DNA of 32,000 nucleotides from Enterobacter bugandensis (GTDB lineage Bacteria; Pseudomonadota; Gammaproteobacteria; Enterobacterales; Enterobacteriaceae): NCBI GenBank assembly GCA_964290475.1, contig CAXYPO010000002.1, positions 1,561,714 to 1,593,713 of the forward strand, read 5' to 3'. Shown piece by piece: positions 28,059 to 32,000 of this stretch (position 1 is its first letter; each line of letters starts with the position of its first letter). The notes under the pieces were generated by a model. It saw only the letters and a program-made list of their open reading frames with translations, ran no database searches and was not told where the DNA came from. The position numbers and the translations under genes were made by a program.

Positions 28059-29849
28059 ATGTTTAAGTTTAAATTATCTTATGTAGCACTTGCAGCGGCG
28101 CTGACCTCCTCTTTCGTCTATGCCGATCCTTCTTCTTATACCCATAAATCCGGGACCAAAGTTATTGATATTGAAGCGCCGAATGCTGCTGGCGTTTCAC
28201 ATAACCTGTACCGCGATTTTAACGTTGACAGTAAAGGCGTGGTCCTTAACAACAGCGGTAGCGACTATGCCCACAGCACCCTGGGCAATATTGCCAAAAA
28301 CAATAACTTAAGCAACGGCAGCGCATCCGTTATTCTGAATGAAGTGGTTTCAAAAAACCCAAGTTCACTTAACGGCTTCATTGAAGTAGGCGGTAAAAAA
28401 GCCGATGTCATTATCGCTAACCCGAACGGCATCTCCTGCTCTGGTTGTAGCTTTATTAACACCCAAAAAGCCATCCTGACCACCGGCAAAGTTAACATGA
28501 CCAGTACTGGCGCAGTCGGAAGCTATACCGTTACCAATGGCACCATTACCATTGGCAAAAATGGCATGGATGCAGCCAACTCCTATGCGGTTCTGCTAGG
28601 TGATGCCATTAACCTTAATGGCATGGTTACCGCGCAAAATGCGCACCTGAGCGCAGGCAACTTCACGATGGATAATGCCACCGGCGTTGTCACCTCTGCA
28701 GGTAAACAAGCCACTCTGCTACAGAAGCTGAATCCGGCCTACAGCATCGACGTCAGCAGCCTGGGCGGCGTTAAGGCGAATAACATCACCATGGTGGGCA
28801 ACAACCTGGGGTTCGGTGTGCGTAACAAAGGCGCGATCGTCGCTAACTCAAGCCTTGCCCTGACCAGCAACGGCTCACTGATTAACGACGGCTCCATTAA
28901 CGGTAATGGGTTTGTTACCCAAATCGCTACTGCCGGCGAACTGAAAAATAGCGGGACCATTGCCACTAAAAACATTGCAATGCTGACAAGCTATGGTGAT
29001 TTCAATAACACCGGTACCATTGAGAACACTTCGCAGATGGCGGTAAATGCAGCAGGCGATCTGACCAACAAAGGCGTGCTCAAAAGCGCTAAAACGCTGG
29101 CAGTAAACACCAACGGTAACTTATCCACCGGTTCCGGTGCTTATCTGCAGGCGGGTGAACAGCTGCAAATCAGCGCCCTCGGTAATATCGATAACGCTGG
29201 TTACACCGAGGCGAAACAGACCCTTGTTAGCTTTGGCGGCAAAGAAATGACCGTCAGCAATACGTTGTCAGGTACTGACTCGCTGGTAATTCAATCCGTA
29301 AAAGATAACAAAATCTCTAACGGTGTAATTACCAACAAAGGTCTGATTTCAGGCGGCAACGTTAAGCTTCATACCAATGGCAACATCGAGCTGGCTAAAA
29401 ACAGCACCACCAGCGCGACCCAATCCCTGACGACCAAAAGTTATGCGCTGAATAATGAAGGCTCAATGGAAGGCAAAACTGCGACTGTAAATATCGATAA
29501 CTGGTCCACCACCAACAGCGGCCACATTATTGGTAAAACAATCAATGTATTGACCTGGTTTGATATGCTCAATGAAGGGATGATCCAGTCTCTGGGCGAC
29601 CTGAATATCAATACCCAAAATAATGGTAACCTGATTAACCGTAGCAGCATCTACTCCAACGGCACCTTCACGCTCTCTGCCAAAAAGGTGATTAACGGTG
29701 GCTATCGCTGTGGCTTTATGAATCTCAGCACCTGTGGCGTTGGCAACCTTAACGCCAATAAACTGGTTCTGAATTCAACCCATAAATATGCCTCTGAAAT
29801 GGGCGGCACACAGAATTTCAAAGCGACCCAGGTAAACACTGTTAAATAA
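28059..29849 (+). CDS. Short TpsA exoprotein: Sec signal, haemolysin-type TPS secretion domain and ~20-aa beta-helix repeats, with no identifiable effector domain
   Basis: 596 aa with signal peptide MFKFKLSYVALAAALTSSFVYA. TPS-domain motifs are present: GVSHNLYRDFNV, ILNEVVSKNPSSLNG and ANPNGISCSGCSFIN (compare ShlA/HpmA NPNGITCDGCGFIN). The motif IDVSSLGGVKANNITMVGNNLGFGVRNKG is also present. It is followed by repeats such as AGELKNSGTIATKNIAMLTS / YGDFNNTGTIENTSQMAVNA / AGDLTNKGVLKSAKTLAVNT. Confidence 0.88.
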   Translation: MFKFKLSYVALAAALTSSFVYADPSSYTHKSGTKVIDIEAPNAAGVSHNLYRDFNVDSKGVVLNNSGSDYAHSTLGNIAKNNNLSNGSASVILNEVVSKNPSSLNGFIEVGGKKADVIIANPNGISCSGCSFINTQKAILTTGKVNMTSTGAVGSYTVTNGTITIGKNGMDAANSYAVLLGDAINLNGMVTAQNAHLSAGNFTMDNATGVVTSAGKQATLLQKLNPAYSIDVSSLGGVKANNITMVGNNLGFGVRNKGAIVANSSLALTSNGSLINDGSINGNGFVTQIATAGELKNSGTIATKNIAMLTSYGDFNNTGTIENTSQMAVNAAGDLTNKGVLKSAKTLAVNTNGNLSTGSGAYLQAGEQLQISALGNIDNAGYTEAKQTLVSFGGKEMTVSNTLSGTDSLVIQSVKDNKISNGVITNKGLISGGNVKLHTNGNIELAKNSTTSATQSLTTKSYALNNEGSMEGKTATVNIDNWSTTNSGHIIGKTINVLTWFDMLNEGMIQSLGDLNINTQNNGNLINRSSIYSNGTFTLSAKKVINGGYRCGFMNLSTCGVGNLNANKLVLNSTHKYASEMGGTQNFKATQVNTVK

Positions 29850-29858
29850 GTGATAACG

Positions 29859-29890
29859 AAACGATGCGCTGGCTCAGCGCATCGTTTTTT
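29859..29890 (+). terminator. Rho-independent terminator after tpsA (convergent with ybeL)
   Basis: acgatgcgctg-gct-cagcgcatcgt is an 11-bp stem, extendable by A-T pairs. It is followed by T6, starts 10 nt after the tpsA stop and ends 12 nt before the ybeL stop. Confidence 0.8.
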
Positions 29891-29901
29891 GCCTTTCGAC
29901 T

Positions 29902-30384
29902 TCAGGGTTCAAATGGACGACGCTGGAACTGATCGTGTCCACACTTAGGACAGACCGGCAGTACATCCGGCGTATAGACCGCTAGGTGATGATGGCAGTT
30001 TTCGCATACCAGATTGCCTAACCCCACCACTTCCCCACTGTGATAAACCCCGTGGTGGTTAAGATCCTGGAACACTTCGCGCCACTCCAGCTGGGTTTTA
30101 TCGGTGATATCCGCCAGCTCCTGCCACAGGCTCTCTTTGATCACCCGCATAAAGACACTGTCGTTTTCCTCATCTTGGCTCTCGCCATAGCTGCGGGCAA
30201 ACTCTTCCAGGTCGCGCCGAACTGCGCGGGTGACTTCATCAATTTCGGTACGCGTTAACTCACCCGTTTGGGTCACCCTTAAGCGCGCCTGCTCCACCAG
30301 CGCGTCGATATCGCGCTCACCGTTACGCAGACGTTCCGTCATTGTCGCTACCAGTTCACGGTAAAATTGAGCAACCTTGTTCAT
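29902..30384 (-). CDS. ybeL: DUF1451 zinc-ribbon protein YbeL
   Basis: 160 aa beginning MNKVAQFYRELV...; the C-terminal CxxC...CxxC (CENCHHHL...CPKCGHDQF) is present. It is divergent from leuS as in K-12. Confidence 0.9.
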   Translation of the reverse strand: MNKVAQFYRELVATMTERLRNGERDIDALVEQARLRVTQTGELTRTEIDEVTRAVRRDLEEFARSYGESQDEENDSVFMRVIKESLWQELADITDKTQLEWREVFQDLNHHGVYHSGEVVGLGNLVCENCHHHLAVYTPDVLPVCPKCGHDQFQRRPFEP

Positions 30385-30469
30385 CTTTATGCCTCCTGGG
30401 TAAGTAACTGGCTCTAATGATAGACCTTATTTGCCCTGTGCTTTGTCAGTTCTGCCACAGTTAGCGTAA

Positions 30470-32000
<1,531 letters not shown>

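Larger units (their letters stand above)
25971..29901. other. Accessory islet (AT-richer) inserted between rihA and ybeL, carrying tpsBA
   Basis: My spot counts of 60-nt lines give 28% GC (26041..26100), 23% (26521..26580) and 37% (29521..29580). A rihA line (25321..25380) gives about 57%. The K-12 gene content at this position is absent. I saw no integrase, transposase or flanking direct repeat. Confidence 0.65.

Noticed and set aside
28059-29849. Possibility that tpsA is a 3'-truncated pseudogene.
   Set aside because: I did not call it a pseudogene. The ORF is intact from signal peptide to stop and is followed at once by a strong terminator. No frame-shifted FHA-like sequence lies downstream. 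Truncation by an old deletion cannot be excluded without homologue comparison, and this is listed as the refutation test.
26290-29901. Interpretation of the TPS locus as a contact-dependent inhibition system (cdiBAI) or as a ShlBA/HpmBA haemolysin operon.
   Set aside because: TpsA is only 596 aa and has no VENN/pretoxin motif, no C-terminal toxin domain and no downstream immunity ORF. It is also about 1,000 aa shorter than ShlA/HpmA-type cytolysins. Only the TPS domain resembles them.

Overview
The window is an Enterobacteriaceae core-chromosome segment (Klebsiella/Enterobacter-like GC). It is collinear with the E. coli K-12 fldA-leuS region: fldA' - uof/fur - chiQ - chiP - glnS - nagE / nagBACD - asnB - seven-tRNA operon (metT-leuW-glnU-glnW-metU-glnV-glnX type) - ubiF / miaB - ybeZ - ybeY - corC - lnt - gltI-(SroC)-gltJKL - rihA - [inserted islet] - ybeL / leuS'. 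Gene calls rest on my recognition of the translated ORFs against remembered E. coli orthologues, catalytic motifs and synteny. No database search was possible.

The one clearly accessory segment is about 3.9 kb (25971..29901) between rihA and ybeL. It is AT-richer than its flanks and carries a two-partner (type Vb) secretion pair. The pair is a ShlB/FhaC-family TpsB transporter and an unusually short 596-aa TpsA exoprotein. That TpsA has a haemolysin-type TPS domain and about 20-aa beta-helix repeats, but no recognisable toxin or cargo domain and no immunity gene. This is my best candidate for an undescribed system.

Other observations worth a second look:
- ybeZ runs in frame into ybeY with no stop codon, because of one extra A in an A-run.
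- A consensus-matching sigma54 promoter lies upstream of gltI, with two NtrC-like dyads downstream of it.
- The terminal copy of tRNA-Gln(CUG) is divergent.

The long ORFs antisense to the housekeeping genes are treated as shadow ORFs. leuS is open at the window end and is missing from the ORF track.
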